NCBI GenBank assembly: GCA_977862235.1
Contig: OZ374562.1
Span: 2,480,001 to 2,544,000 of the forward strand
Length of the DNA stretch: 64,000 nucleotides
Origin: Dudresnaya verticillata
Lineage: Eukaryota
Direction of reading: 5' to 3'
Below are positions 8,360-23,031 of the stretch, in pieces (positions within the stretch are counted from its first letter, which is position 1; each line of letters opens with the position of its first letter). The notes under the pieces were generated by a model. That model had not been told where the DNA came from and made no database searches. It saw nothing but the letters and a program-made list of their open reading frames with translations. A program made the position numbers and the translations under genes.

Positions 8360-11300
8360 AAGTGTACAGAGAGATCTCCTTTGCAGCCTACCAAAATGTC
8401 AAGGTTTCAGAAGGTACTGTTTGTGAGGCGGTTGAGAGTGAAGTCATAGAAGGTATGAATTTTGTATCGTCCATGTCTGTCAATGTTGGTAAGTATGTGG
8501 GCAGCATAGTGTGAAGATTTTTTGTTGTATCTTATCGCTTTTGGTCGTCGCTGTTATAGCTGTGGCTGCGAAGCAAGTGTGATTATGTTGTTATGTTATT
8601 GTGGGATCCCAGTTATTGTTGGAGCCATCGAAAGTAGTTTAGCAGCACGAGAGGTTGAAGTAAATGTCGCCATGTAGATGCTTCTGTCAATACCCAATTC
8701 CATCGGTGTTCATAACAATCGGGCCTGAGAGCGCACAAATCGGTGCCTTTTTTTCGACGACCAAGTCTAAGGCAGGGAATGGGTGACATTAAACAATTAT
8801 CTGCAAAAGTAGTTCGTGTCTCTCTAACAATGAGTTGGCTTGACTGAACAAAAGGGAACCCCGAAAGCATCTACTCCGTGTCTCCATACTTTGAAGACAA
8901 CAGAAAGATCTATCCAGGCTTCAGGCTCCGGGCTGCCCCTCCGGGCTGTAGGAAGAGCCTGGTCATCAGGGAGAATTCAGTAATGTTCTCTATATTTTTC
9001 CTCATAGTTCGTTAGTGTTACAGTGCGTCGCCGTCTCAGTTAACAGGCGTAAGCTTGTTGACCGCCGTGTTAGAAACAGTGCATATTAAGTCCCCTTAAG
9101 GGGCTTACTCTCCAATTTGAGAATAAAGGGATGCTTGCTCATAGCGATGCTGCGGTATAGCAAGGCGTAAAGGAGATTGGCAACATAATTATACTTATTC
9201 AACAAATGCATTCATGATCATCACAACTTTATTGAAGCAAGACGAAGCTGCTTTGAACACTGAAATCCAGTGCTATCCCTTGCAGGAAATATTTCATATG
9301 AAAGAAGAGCAGCAGAAGTCCTGCCGCATAGCCACATGCATAATAAAACACTCCTAACCCTGCGGCCAACACGCTTACGCCTGCTATTTGTGTTGAATAC
9401 TGTCTTACTACATCACTCGTGGACGACATCACTTGGTGTAATCGCACTAACCTCAGCAAGTGTTTATCCGCCAAGTTGCATAAGTGGACGTGTTGAGAAA
9501 GAAAGTGAGCTGTGTAGCGTCAACCAATTTTGCGGATGAGGTAAGCAAACATTGAGGTGGATGCTGAATTCATCTTGTGTGATTGTTAATCGTTTTGTTT
9601 AGATGTATTACTTGAGGTCTATGGTCTCCACACTCTATTAGGAACAGACCTGCCTTTAGCATGTCGTGGTTTAGCAATGACTACGAAGCAGTACAAGTAC
9701 TCTACCGGATCTCGGGTTTGATACCAGGACACTACGCTTTGAGAACAACTATCACCATATCCAACACCCACGAAGAAGAAAAAAGAACTGTTCTCAGCCT
9801 ACATATACGTGTGACCTGCAGCTTTTGAACAGAACTGTAACAGCGGGCCTCTACATATAGCAATACAAAGTAAAGGATGGGTCTTAAACGAGAAACTAAT
9901 ATTGCTCTCCAGCTGCCTTAACGCAGTACGAAGCATTCTGTCCCCGCGCTGCAATAATCACTTCGATGACATTAATACCACATAAAGCATTGTCGGGGGA
10001 TGGATTACATCCCTTAAGAGTAGGAAAACAACTTATTGAATCCGGAAAGGATAGGGTATCGTCTACAGTCGCAACACTCGTACCTTTACAACCTTTTCTT
10101 CCGAGAGTTGAACGTATCGTTACATCAGGCTAATTCTGTTATTGTGAAATAGAACCAACCCCTTATGAATATGGGCATGTAGCAGACCGGGATAAAGATC
10201 TCGCGATATTTGCACCTTCGCGGATTCGGTCCAAAATGATTTGAAGGCACAGCAATCATAGCAATACTGTATGGACGTTTTCGTTGATGTCCTTCGCAGC
10301 GTGGCTTCGCACCAACTGCTCAAGCGTTTGATGTCTCGGTTGTAACTCCGCACTCTTCCTCTTCTCGTGCTCTGCCTCGAGCCCATCTTGCGATTCAATC
10401 TCGTGAAAAGGAAAAAGTCCGCCACTATCGTAGGCTCTGCGAAAACAACCATTTCCAGTCGATTTCGAACTACATCCCATGGCTATGGACATCTATGGCT
10501 CCATCGGCCATGGCTTTGATCGCGGTGCGCAACTGTACACAATCTGCTCTCAACACAATCTTGCGAGTATCGCAAGTGATGCTTGCGGGTGTAATGTGTA
10601 AGCCCCTCCCTTTTGTGTCATTATGGTCATCTTAAAGGGAGAAGCGTTTTATCCGGGTCCGAGTTGCTCACCGCAACAATCACAGCCCGTTTCCCTTTCG
10701 TCCGGGCGTCTTCCTGAAGTATGAGAACATGAAACCATGCTGCATACGGACAAATTCTGTGGGTTACAACAGGGTCCGATCCATATAATTGTCGCCTGTG
10801 GAGAAAGAAAAAGGGCAAGCAATAAGGAATCCTAAAAGCAAAGGTAACACCCCGTGTGCAATAGAATGTATCTAGTAATAGAATACAATTCGACTATCTT
10901 GTCCGGTAAGCCCATTGCACTCTAAAGCAGTTGTGCAGTAGCTAGTGATACTTAACAAAACTTGCTTGGCTGCTATGGACCGAGTATAACTTCACTATAG
11001 GTTTTGTGAGGCAATAAGGGTAGCCCCGTTTTCATCCGTGGAAACGTTTGTCGAGCCCTGACGAGAAGTGCCATCGAATACCTTAATATTTGTCGCTATG
11101 CTGCTGTTGTGCTATGCCTTCTCTTTCCACAGTACTGCAGTTCACAGTACAGTACCCAAATTCCCAATCCCGACTTTATAGTGCGCTTCATCGGCTCATC
11201 GTAGTCGAAGGTTCAAAGCTCCCTCAACCACACACGCCGAGTCGGGTTTCTAATCCACACAACAAGAACACATGGTGAATATTCCGCTCCCAACACATTG

Positions 11301-12722
11301 CCTTGTTGTTCAGTCTTCACGTTTGCAGACAAACCTAATGTAACAGCTACAGACTTGATTTGTTTTTATGTAAGAGGCCGGCAATGTAACAGACAATGCA
11401 CACTCCACTTTTCATGAAGTGCATACATCGAGTGAAACTGTTTACGACCATTACCACACATCCTGGACGTTAGCAATTTTGGCGCTCTGTACGGATTCCT
11501 GACCACAAGGCAGGAGCGCATCATAACGCGCTCTAGCGTTCTAGTATGGATCTAGCCGTTCAGCAGATCTAGCGCTGTCTCCGATGGCGCGGAAGACATA
11601 AGAGATTTCTCCGAGACACTACTGTATATTGAGTTTCCGAAGCGCATTCGAGAAAGGCCTTGCTGGGAACGGCGGCCGCATCGCGATGGTGCTGTGCTAC
11701 GTATTTCGTTCCATGGCTATGCTTTTCTTCCGTCGTGGAGATAGCGTGGCTTACTTGTGACCTTGACTTTGAGTAGTTAACAGCTGGTGCATACAACACT
11801 TGAATGCAATGAGGGTATCGCCATGCAATGGTGCTAATTCAATTGCCAGTGTAGCAAACGGAAGCACACGCTTCACGGTCGCACTACACGAACGGCTGAG
11901 AACCGCGAACAACAGAGGTAGTGTTCAGACACTCCAGACCCTCCATTCGCACTATGACGGCTGCTTCCATAACGGCATGTCACATTGTCTACATATTGAA
12001 TGCGGTTGTGTGCCCTGTTGCGAAGATTCGAGTCCGCTTCCGCACTGCAGTTGTTCCATCCATCCAGAACCTATATTTTATGTTAGCTATCTGTTATCCA
12101 CATACTCAGCCCCAGACCCCAAACAGTATACCTCTATGTTGACAATACCTAGAGTCTGTAGTATAGCTATGCTTCTAGCTCTATACATAGAGTGTGCATG
12201 CCACGGAACTCGAACCGCTTTGTTAAATATTCTACGCTACAGCAGTAGCACTGAAACGGTTTCCGACCTCTTATTCTGCCGAACAAGGTCGAGACTACTT
12301 TGCCCGCACACATGCGCAGTTGCAACAGTTTCAACACCTATCTTTTAATGCAATGCCAACATGGTGTTAGACAAAGCGTTCTGCATCGAATGCGTCCTTC
12401 TGCATCTACAGGATGCAATCCTGCAAGCCGACGCTGCGAACTTTACCATCTACACATCCTTCAACTTTATTTTTCCAGTCATGACCGGCCGCAGTTCTCT
12501 CACGCAGTTCTCTCACACCGAATTGGTAGAACAAAGTTCCTTCCGTTCCGTACTTAAAGCCCTTAACGTCTCAATCGCAGTCCAAAATATTCCCACCCAC
12601 CACACCCCCATCGCATCACATCTACCTGTTATTACAGGTACAAACGTAGTCAAAAGAACTGCACAGGTAGGTACCCTGCCCCTTCATCAACTCTCCGTCG
12701 CCTACCAACTCAACAGCTCAAT

Positions 12723-13250
12723 ATGTTTACTCGATTTGTCCTTTTTGTGGCACTCGTGCTCCCGTATTTATGCTCTGCTGTCAGGTGCCCTCTCCGTGGT
12801 GTCTGTGTGCCGGATTATATTTGCCGTATCCAAGGCCGTCGGCCCTTGCACGGGAATTATTGTGGGCATCAGAGAGGCGTTGAATGCTGCCCCTACTTCA
12901 GGTACCGGTTTTGCTCTGTCGATCGAGGGCGTTTTCTCGACCGTGCACAAGGGGTTTGCCAACCTAGCTCTACATGCCGCGGAAAAGGTGCATACTCCGT
13001 CGAGACGTCACAATGCAGTTCTGGTCACTTTATTACATGCTGTGTTGGCTCCTCCATACTGCCATATCTACCTGGCCCTTCCAGTGATCCACGGTATCCA
13101 TACAGAAAGGCTGTTTCTGCGACTCGTACAGGGACGTCCAAGGGGTCAGTGAGAGCACTTACTACGGCCGCCACGGAGACCACCACGAAGACTTTGGAAG
13201 ACACCTCTGTGGGATTGGAAAGGCGTACCAAGGATACCATCCAGCACTAG
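12723..13250 (+). CDS. Secreted double 6-Cys-module protein, copy 3
   Basis: Translation identical to copy 1. Confidence 0.85.
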   Translation: MFTRFVLFVALVLPYLCSAVRCPLRGVCVPDYICRIQGRRPLHGNYCGHQRGVECCPYFRYRFCSVDRGRFLDRAQGVCQPSSTCRGKGAYSVETSQCSSGHFITCCVGSSILPYLPGPSSDPRYPYRKAVSATRTGTSKGSVRALTTAATETTTKTLEDTSVGLERRTKDTIQH

Positions 13251-16200
13251 AAGTGTACAGAGAGATCTCCTTTGCAGCCTACCAAAATGTCAAGGTTTCA
13301 GAAGGTACTGTTTGTGAGGCGGTTGAGAGTGAAGTCATAGAAGGTATGAATTTTGTATCGTCCATGTCTGTCAATGTTGGTAAGTATGTGGGCAGCATAG
13401 TGTGAAGATTTTTTGTTGTATCTTATCGCTTTTGGTCGTCGCTGTTATAGCTGTGGCTGCGAAGCAAGTGTGATTATGTTGTTATGTTATTGTGGGATCC
13501 CAGTTATTGTTGGAGCCATCGAAAGTAGTTTAGCAGCACGAGAGGTTGAAGTAAATGTCGCCATGTAGATGCTTCTGTCAATACCCAATTCCATCGGTGT
13601 TCATAACAATCGGGCCTGAGAGCGCACAAATCGGTGCCTTTTTTTCGACGACCAAGTCTAAGGCAGGGAATGGGTGACATTAAACAATTATCTGCAAAAG
13701 TAGTTCGTGTCTCTCTAACAATGAGTTGGCTTGACTGAACAAAAGGGAACCCCGAAAGCATCTACTCCGTGTCTCCATACTTTGAAGACAACAGAAAGAT
13801 CTATCCAGGCTTCAGGCTCCGGGCTGCCCCTCCGGGCTGTAGGAAGAGCCTGGTCATCAGGGAGAATTCAGTAATGTTCTCTATATTTTTCCTCATAGTT
13901 CGTTAGTGTTACAGTGCGTCGCCGTCTCAGTTAACAGGCGTAAGCTTGTTGACCGCCGTGTTAGAAACAGTGCATATTAAGTCCCCTTAAGGGGCTTACT
14001 CTCCAATTTGAGAATAAAGGGATGCTTGCTCATAGCGATGCTGCGGTATAGCAAGGCGTAAAGGAGATTGGCAACATAATTATACTTATTCAACAAATGC
14101 ATTCATGATCATCACAACTTTATTGAAGCAAGACGAAGCTGCTTTGAACACTGAAATCCAGTGCTATCCCTTGCAGGAAATATTTCATATGAAAGAAGAG
14201 CAGCAGAAGTCCTGCCGCATAGCCACATGCATAATAAAACACTCCTAACCCTGCGGCCAACACGCTTACGCCTGCTATTTGTGTTGAATACTGTCTTACT
14301 ACATCACTCGTGGACGACATCACTTGGTGTAATCGCACTAACCTCAGCAAGTGTTTATCCGCCAAGTTGCATAAGTGGACGTGTTGAGAAAGAAAGTGAG
14401 CTGTGTAGCGTCAACCAATTTTGCGGATGAGGTAAGCAAACATTGAGGTGGATGCTGAATTCATCTTGTGTGATTGTTAATCGTTTTGTTTAGATGTATT
14501 ACTTGAGGTCTATGGTCTCCACACTCTATTAGGAACAGACCTGCCTTTAGCATGTCGTGGTTTAGCAATGACTACGAAGCAGTACAAGTACTCTACCGGA
14601 TCTCGGGTTTGATACCAGGACACTACGCTTTGAGAACAACTATCACCATATCCAACACCCACGAAGAAGAAAAAAGAACTGTTCTCAGCCTACATATACG
14701 TGTGACCTGCAGCTTTTGAACAGAACTGTAACAGCGGGCCTCTACATATAGCAATACAAAGTAAAGGATGGGTCTTAAACGAGAAACTAATATTGCTCTC
14801 CAGCTGCCTTAACGCAGTACGAAGCATTCTGTCCCCGCGCTGCAATAATCACTTCGATGACATTAATACCACATAAAGCATTGTCGGGGGATGGATTACA
14901 TCCCTTAAGAGTAGGAAAACAACTTATTGAATCCGGAAAGGATAGGGTATCGTCTACAGTCGCAACACTCGTACCTTTACAACCTTTTCTTCCGAGAGTT
15001 GAACGTATCGTTACATCAGGCTAATTCTGTTATTGTGAAATAGAACCAACCCCTTATGAATATGGGCATGTAGCAGACCGGGATAAAGATCTCGCGATAT
15101 TTGCACCTTCGCGGATTCGGTCCAAAATGATTTGAAGGCACAGCAATCATAGCAATACTGTATGGACGTTTTCGTTGATGTCCTTCGCAGCGTGGCTTCG
15201 CACCAACTGCTCAAGCGTTTGATGTCTCGGTTGTAACTCCGCACTCTTCCTCTTCTCGTGCTCTGCCTCGAGCCCATCTTGCGATTCAATCTCGTGAAAA
15301 GGAAAAAGTCCGCCACTATCGTAGGCTCTGCGAAAACAACCATTTCCAGTCGATTTCGAACTACATCCCATGGCTATGGACATCTATGGCTCCATCGGCC
15401 ATGGCTTTGATCGCGGTGCGCAACTGTACACAATCTGCTCTCAACACAATCTTGCGAGTATCGCAAGTGATGCTTGCGGGTGTAATGTGTAAGCCCCTCC
15501 CTTTTGTGTCATTATGGTCATCTTAAAGGGAGAAGCGTTTTATCCGGGTCCGAGTTGCTCACCGCAACAATCACAGCCCGTTTCCCTTTCGTCCGGGCGT
15601 CTTCCTGAAGTATGAGAACATGAAACCATGCTGCATACGGACAAATTCTGTGGGTTACAACAGGGTCCGATCCATATAATTGTCGCCTGTGGAGAAAGAA
15701 AAAGGGCAAGCAATAAGGAATCCTAAAAGCAAAGGTAACACCCCGTGTGCAATAGAATGTATCTAGTAATAGAATACAATTCGACTATCTTGTCCGGTAA
15801 GCCCATTGCACTCTAAAGCAGTTGTGCAGTAGCTAGTGATACTTAACAAAACTTGCTTGGCTGCTATGGACCGAGTATAACTTCACTATAGGTTTTGTGA
15901 GGCAATAAGGGTAGCCCCGTTTTCATCCGTGGAAACGTTTGTCGAGCCCTGACGAGAAGTGCCATCGAATACCTTAATATTTGTCGCTATGCTGCTGTTG
16001 TGCTATGCCTTCTCTTTCCACAGTACTGCAGTTCACAGTACAGTACCCAAATTCCCAATCCCGACTTTATAGTGCGCTTCATCGGCTCATCGTAGTCGAA
16101 GGTTCAAAGCTCCCTCAACCACACACGCCGAGTCGGGTTTCTAATCCACACAACAAGAACACATGGTGAATATTCCGCTCCCAACACATTGCCTTGTTGT

Positions 16201-17613
16201 TCAGTCTTCACGTTTGCAGACAAACCTAATGTAACAGCTACAGACTTGATTTGTTTTTATGTAAGAGGCCGGCAATGTAACAGACAATGCACACTCCACT
16301 TTTCATGAAGTGCATACATCGAGTGAAACTGTTTACGACCATTACCACACATCCTGGACGTTAGCAATTTTGGCGCTCTGTACGGATTCCTGACCACAAG
16401 GCAGGAGCGCATCATAACGCGCTCTAGCGTTCTAGTATGGATCTAGCCGTTCAGCAGATCTAGCGCTGTCTCCGATGGCGCGGAAGACATAAGAGATTTC
16501 TCCGAGACACTACTGTATATTGAGTTTCCGAAGCGCATTCGAGAAAGGCCTTGCTGGGAACGGCGGCCGCATCGCGATGGTGCTGTGCTACGTATTTCGT
16601 TCCATGGCTATGCTTTTCTTCCGTCGTGGAGATAGCGTGGCTTACTTGTGACCTTGACTTTGAGTAGTTAACAGCTGGTGCATACAACACTTGAATGCAA
16701 TGAGGGTATCGCCATGCAATGGTGCTAATTCAATTGCCAGTGTAGCAAACGGAAGCACACGCTTCACGGTCGCACTACACGAACGGCTGAGAACCGCGAA
16801 CAACAGAGGTAGTGTTCAGACACTCCAGACCCTCCATTCGCACTATGACGGCTGCTTCCATAACGGCATGTCACATTGTCTACATATTGAATGCGGTTGT
16901 GTGCCCTGTTGCGAAGATTCGAGTCCGCTTCCGCACTGCAGTTGTTCCATCCATCCAGAACCTATATTTTATGTTAGCTATCTGTTATCCACATACTCAG
17001 CCCCAGACCCCAAACAGTATACCTCTATGTTGACAATACCTAGAGTCTGTAGTATAGCTATGCTTCTAGCTCTATACATAGAGTGTGCATGCCACGGAAC
17101 TCGAACCGCTTTGTTAAATATTCTACGCTACAGCAGTAGCACTGAAACGGTTTCCGACCTCTTATTCTGCCGAACAAGGTCGAGACTACTTTGCCCGCAC
17201 ACATGCGCAGTTGCAACAGTTTCAACACCTATCTTTTAATGCAATGCCAACATGGTGTTAGACAAAGCGTTCTGCATCGAATGCGTCCTTCTGCATCTAC
17301 AGGATGCAATCCTGCAAGCCGACGCTGCGAACTTTACCATCTACACATCCTTCAACTTTATTTTTCCAGTCATGACCGGCCGCAGTTCTCTCACGCAGTT
17401 CTCTCACACCGAATTGGTAGAACAAAGTTCCTTCCGTTCCGTACTTAAAGCCCTTAACGTCTCAATCGCAGTCCAAAATATTCCCACCCACCACACCCCC
17501 ATCGCATCACATCTACCTGTTATTACAGGTACAAACGTAGTCAAAAGAACTGCACAGGTAGGTACCCTGCCCCTTCATCAACTCTCCGTCGCCTACCAAC
17601 TCAACAGCTCAAT

Positions 17614-18141
17614 ATGTTTACTCGATTTGTCCTTTTTGTGGCACTCGTGCTCCCGTATTTATGCTCTGCTGTCAGGTGCCCTCTCCGTGGTGTCTGTGTG
17701 CCGGATTATATTTGCCGTATCCAAGGCCGTCGGCCCTTGCACGGGAATTATTGTGGGCATCAGAGAGGCGTTGAATGCTGCCCCTACTTCAGGTACCGGT
17801 TTTGCTCTGTCGATCGAGGGCGTTTTCTCGACCGTGCACAAGGGGTTTGCCAACCTAGCTCTACATGCCGCGGAAAAGGTGCATACTCCGTCGAGACGTC
17901 ACAATGCAGTTCTGGTCACTTTATTACATGCTGTGTTGGCTCCTCCATACTGCCATATCTACCTGGCCCTTCCAGTGATCCACGGTATCCATACAGAAAG
18001 GCTGTTTCTGCGACTCGTACAGGGACGTCCAAGGGGTCAGTGAGAGCACTTACTACGGCCGCCACGGAGACCACCACGAAGACTTTGGAAGACACCTCTG
18101 TGGGATTGGAAAGGCGTACCAAGGATACCATCCAGCACTAG
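17614..18141 (+). CDS. Secreted double 6-Cys-module protein, copy 4
   Basis: Translation identical to copy 1. Confidence 0.85.
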   Translation: MFTRFVLFVALVLPYLCSAVRCPLRGVCVPDYICRIQGRRPLHGNYCGHQRGVECCPYFRYRFCSVDRGRFLDRAQGVCQPSSTCRGKGAYSVETSQCSSGHFITCCVGSSILPYLPGPSSDPRYPYRKAVSATRTGTSKGSVRALTTAATETTTKTLEDTSVGLERRTKDTIQH

Positions 18142-21100
18142 AAGTGTACAGAGAGATCTCCTTTGCAGCCTACCAAAATGTCAAGGTTTCAGAAGGTACT
18201 GTTTGTGAGGCGGTTGAGAGTGAAGTCATAGAAGGTATGAATTTTGTATCGTCCATGTCTGTCAATGTTGGTAAGTATGTGGGCAGCATAGTGTGAAGAT
18301 TTTTTGTTGTATCTTATCGCTTTTGGTCGTCGCTGTTATAGCTGTGGCTGCGAAGCAAGTGTGATTATGTTGTTATGTTATTGTGGGATCCCAGTTATTG
18401 TTGGAGCCATCGAAAGTAGTTTAGCAGCACGAGAGGTTGAAGTAAATGTCGCCATGTAGATGCTTCTGTCAATACCCAATTCCATCGGTGTTCATAACAA
18501 TCGGGCCTGAGAGCGCACAAATCGGTGCCTTTTTTTCGACGACCAAGTCTAAGGCAGGGAATGGGTGACATTAAACAATTATCTGCAAAAGTAGTTCGTG
18601 TCTCTCTAACAATGAGTTGGCTTGACTGAACAAAAGGGAACCCCGAAAGCATCTACTCCGTGTCTCCATACTTTGAAGACAACAGAAAGATCTATCCAGG
18701 CTTCAGGCTCCGGGCTGCCCCTCCGGGCTGTAGGAAGAGCCTGGTCATCAGGGAGAATTCAGTAATGTTCTCTATATTTTTCCTCATAGTTCGTTAGTGT
18801 TACAGTGCGTCGCCGTCTCAGTTAACAGGCGTAAGCTTGTTGACCGCCGTGTTAGAAACAGTGCATATTAAGTCCCCTTAAGGGGCTTACTCTCCAATTT
18901 GAGAATAAAGGGATGCTTGCTCATAGCGATGCTGCGGTATAGCAAGGCGTAAAGGAGATTGGCAACATAATTATACTTATTCAACAAATGCATTCATGAT
19001 CATCACAACTTTATTGAAGCAAGACGAAGCTGCTTTGAACACTGAAATCCAGTGCTATCCCTTGCAGGAAATATTTCATATGAAAGAAGAGCAGCAGAAG
19101 TCCTGCCGCATAGCCACATGCATAATAAAACACTCCTAACCCTGCGGCCAACACGCTTACGCCTGCTATTTGTGTTGAATACTGTCTTACTACATCACTC
19201 GTGGACGACATCACTTGGTGTAATCGCACTAACCTCAGCAAGTGTTTATCCGCCAAGTTGCATAAGTGGACGTGTTGAGAAAGAAAGTGAGCTGTGTAGC
19301 GTCAACCAATTTTGCGGATGAGGTAAGCAAACATTGAGGTGGATGCTGAATTCATCTTGTGTGATTGTTAATCGTTTTGTTTAGATGTATTACTTGAGGT
19401 CTATGGTCTCCACACTCTATTAGGAACAGACCTGCCTTTAGCATGTCGTGGTTTAGCAATGACTACGAAGCAGTACAAGTACTCTACCGGATCTCGGGTT
19501 TGATACCAGGACACTACGCTTTGAGAACAACTATCACCATATCCAACACCCACGAAGAAGAAAAAAGAACTGTTCTCAGCCTACATATACGTGTGACCTG
19601 CAGCTTTTGAACAGAACTGTAACAGCGGGCCTCTACATATAGCAATACAAAGTAAAGGATGGGTCTTAAACGAGAAACTAATATTGCTCTCCAGCTGCCT
19701 TAACGCAGTACGAAGCATTCTGTCCCCGCGCTGCAATAATCACTTCGATGACATTAATACCACATAAAGCATTGTCGGGGGATGGATTACATCCCTTAAG
19801 AGTAGGAAAACAACTTATTGAATCCGGAAAGGATAGGGTATCGTCTACAGTCGCAACACTCGTACCTTTACAACCTTTTCTTCCGAGAGTTGAACGTATC
19901 GTTACATCAGGCTAATTCTGTTATTGTGAAATAGAACCAACCCCTTATGAATATGGGCATGTAGCAGACCGGGATAAAGATCTCGCGATATTTGCACCTT
20001 CGCGGATTCGGTCCAAAATGATTTGAAGGCACAGCAATCATAGCAATACTGTATGGACGTTTTCGTTGATGTCCTTCGCAGCGTGGCTTCGCACCAACTG
20101 CTCAAGCGTTTGATGTCTCGGTTGTAACTCCGCACTCTTCCTCTTCTCGTGCTCTGCCTCGAGCCCATCTTGCGATTCAATCTCGTGAAAAGGAAAAAGT
20201 CCGCCACTATCGTAGGCTCTGCGAAAACAACCATTTCCAGTCGATTTCGAACTACATCCCATGGCTATGGACATCTATGGCTCCATCGGCCATGGCTTTG
20301 ATCGCGGTGCGCAACTGTACACAATCTGCTCTCAACACAATCTTGCGAGTATCGCAAGTGATGCTTGCGGGTGTAATGTGTAAGCCCCTCCCTTTTGTGT
20401 CATTATGGTCATCTTAAAGGGAGAAGCGTTTTATCCGGGTCCGAGTTGCTCACCGCAACAATCACAGCCCGTTTCCCTTTCGTCCGGGCGTCTTCCTGAA
20501 GTATGAGAACATGAAACCATGCTGCATACGGACAAATTCTGTGGGTTACAACAGGGTCCGATCCATATAATTGTCGCCTGTGGAGAAAGAAAAAGGGCAA
20601 GCAATAAGGAATCCTAAAAGCAAAGGTAACACCCCGTGTGCAATAGAATGTATCTAGTAATAGAATACAATTCGACAATCTTGTCCGGTAAGCCCATTGC
20701 ACTCTAAAGCAGTTGTGCAGTAGCTAGTGATACTTAACAAAACTTGCTTGGCTGCTATGGACCGAGTATAACTTCACTATAGGTTTTGTGAGGCAATAAG
20801 GGTAGCCCCGTTTTCATCCGTGGAAACGTTTGTCGAGCCCTGACGAGAAGTGCCATCGAATACCTTAATATTTGTCGCTATGCTGCTGTTGTGCTATGCC
20901 TTCTCTTTCCACAGTACTGCAGTTCACAGTACAGTACCCAAATTCCCAATCCCGACTTTATAGTGCGCTTCATCGGCTCATCGTAGTCGAAGGTTCAAAG
21001 CTCCCTCAACCACACACGCCGAGTCGGGTTTCTAATCCACACAACAAGAACACATGGTGAATATTCCGCTCCCAACACATTGCCTTGTTGTTCAGTCTTC

Positions 21101-22503
21101 ACGTTTGCAGACAAACCTAATGTAACAGCTACAGACTTGATTTGTTTTTATGTAAGAGGCCGGCAATGTAACAGACAATGCACACTCCACTTTTCATGAA
21201 GTGCATACATCGAGTGAAACTGTTTACGACCATTACCACACATCCTGGACGTTAGCAATTTTGGCGCTCTGTACGGATTCCTGACCACAAGGCAGGAGCG
21301 CATCATAACTGCTCTAGCGTTCTAGTATGGATCTAGCCGTTCAGCAGATCTAGCGCTGTCTCCGATGGCGCGGAAGACATAAGAGATTTCTCCGAGACAC
21401 TACTGTATATTGAGTTTCCGAAGCGCATTCGAGAAAGGCCTTGCTGGGAACGGCGGCCGCATCGCGATGGTGCTGTGCTACGTATTTCGTTCCATGGCTA
21501 TGCTTTTCTTCCGTCGTGGAGATAGCGTGGCTTACTTGTGACCTTGACTTTGAGTAGTTAACAGCTGGTGCATACAACACTTGAATGCAATGAGGGTATC
21601 GCCATGCAATGGTGCTAATTCAATTGCCAGTGTAGCAAACGGAAGCACACGCTTCACGGTCGCACTACACGAACGGCTGAGAACCGCGAACAACAGAGGT
21701 AGTGTTCAGACACTCCAGACCCTCCATTCGCACTATGACGGCTGCTTCCATAACGGCATGTCACATTGTCTACATATTGAATGCGGTTGTGTGCCCTGTT
21801 GCGAAGATTCGAGTCCGCTTCCGCACTGCAGTTGTTCCATCCATCCAGAACCTATATTTTATGTTAGCTATCTGTTATCCACATACTCAGCCCCAGACCC
21901 CAAACAGTATACCTCTATGTTGACAATACCTAGAGTCTGTAGTATAGCTATGCTTCTAGCTCTATACATAGAGTGTGCATGCCACGGAACTCGAACCGCT
22001 TTGTTAAATATTCTACGCTACAGCAGTAGCACTGAAACGGTTTCCGACCTCTTATTCTGCCGAACAAGGTCGAGACTACTTTGCCCGCACACATGCGCAG
22101 TTGCAACAGTTTCAACACCTATCTTTTAATGCAATGCCAACATGGTGTTAGACAAAGCGTTCTGCATCGAATGCGTCCTTCTGCATCTACAGGATGCAAT
22201 CCTGCAAGCCGACGCTGCGAACTTTACCATCTACACATCCTTCAACTTTATTTTTCCAGTCATGACCGGCCGCAGTTCTCTCACGCAGTTCTCTCACACC
22301 GAATTGGTAGAACAAAGTTCCTTCCGTTCCGTACTTAAAGCCCTTAACGTCTCAATCGCAGTCCAAAATATTCCCACCCACCACACCCCCATCGCATCAC
22401 ATCTACCTGTTATTACAGGTACAAACGTAGTCAAAAGAACTGCACAGGTAGGTACCCTGCCCCTTCATCAACTCTCCGTCGCCTACCAACTCAACAGCTC
22501 AAT

Positions 22504-23031
22504 ATGTTTACTCGATTTGTCCTTTTTGTGGCACTCGTGCTCCCGTATTTATGCTCTGCTGTCAGGTGCCCTCTCCGTGGTGTCTGTGTGCCGGATTATA
22601 TTTGCCGTATCCAAGGCCGTCGGCCCTTGCACGGGAATTATTGTGGGCATCAGAGAGGCGTTGAATGCTGCCCCTACTTCAGGTACCGGTTTTGCTCTGT
22701 CGATCGAGGGCGTTTTCTCGACCGTGCACAAGGGGTTTGCCAACCTAGCTCTACATGCCGCGGAAAAGGTGCATACTCCGTCGAGACGTCACAATGCAGT
22801 TCTGGTCACTTTATTACATGCTGTGTTGGCTCCTCCATACTGCCATATCTACCTGGCCCTTCCAGTGATCCACGGTATCCATACAGAAAGGCTGTTTCTG
22901 CGACTCGTACAGGGACGTCCAAGGGGTCAGTGAGAGCACTTACTACGGCCGCCACGGAGACCACCACGAAGACTTTGGAAGACACCTCTGTGGGATTGGA
23001 AAGGCGTACCAAGGATACCATCCAGCACTAG
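22504..23031 (+). CDS. Secreted double 6-Cys-module protein, copy 5
   Basis: Translation identical to copy 1. Confidence 0.85.
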   Translation: MFTRFVLFVALVLPYLCSAVRCPLRGVCVPDYICRIQGRRPLHGNYCGHQRGVECCPYFRYRFCSVDRGRFLDRAQGVCQPSSTCRGKGAYSVETSQCSSGHFITCCVGSSILPYLPGPSSDPRYPYRKAVSATRTGTSKGSVRALTTAATETTTKTLEDTSVGLERRTKDTIQH

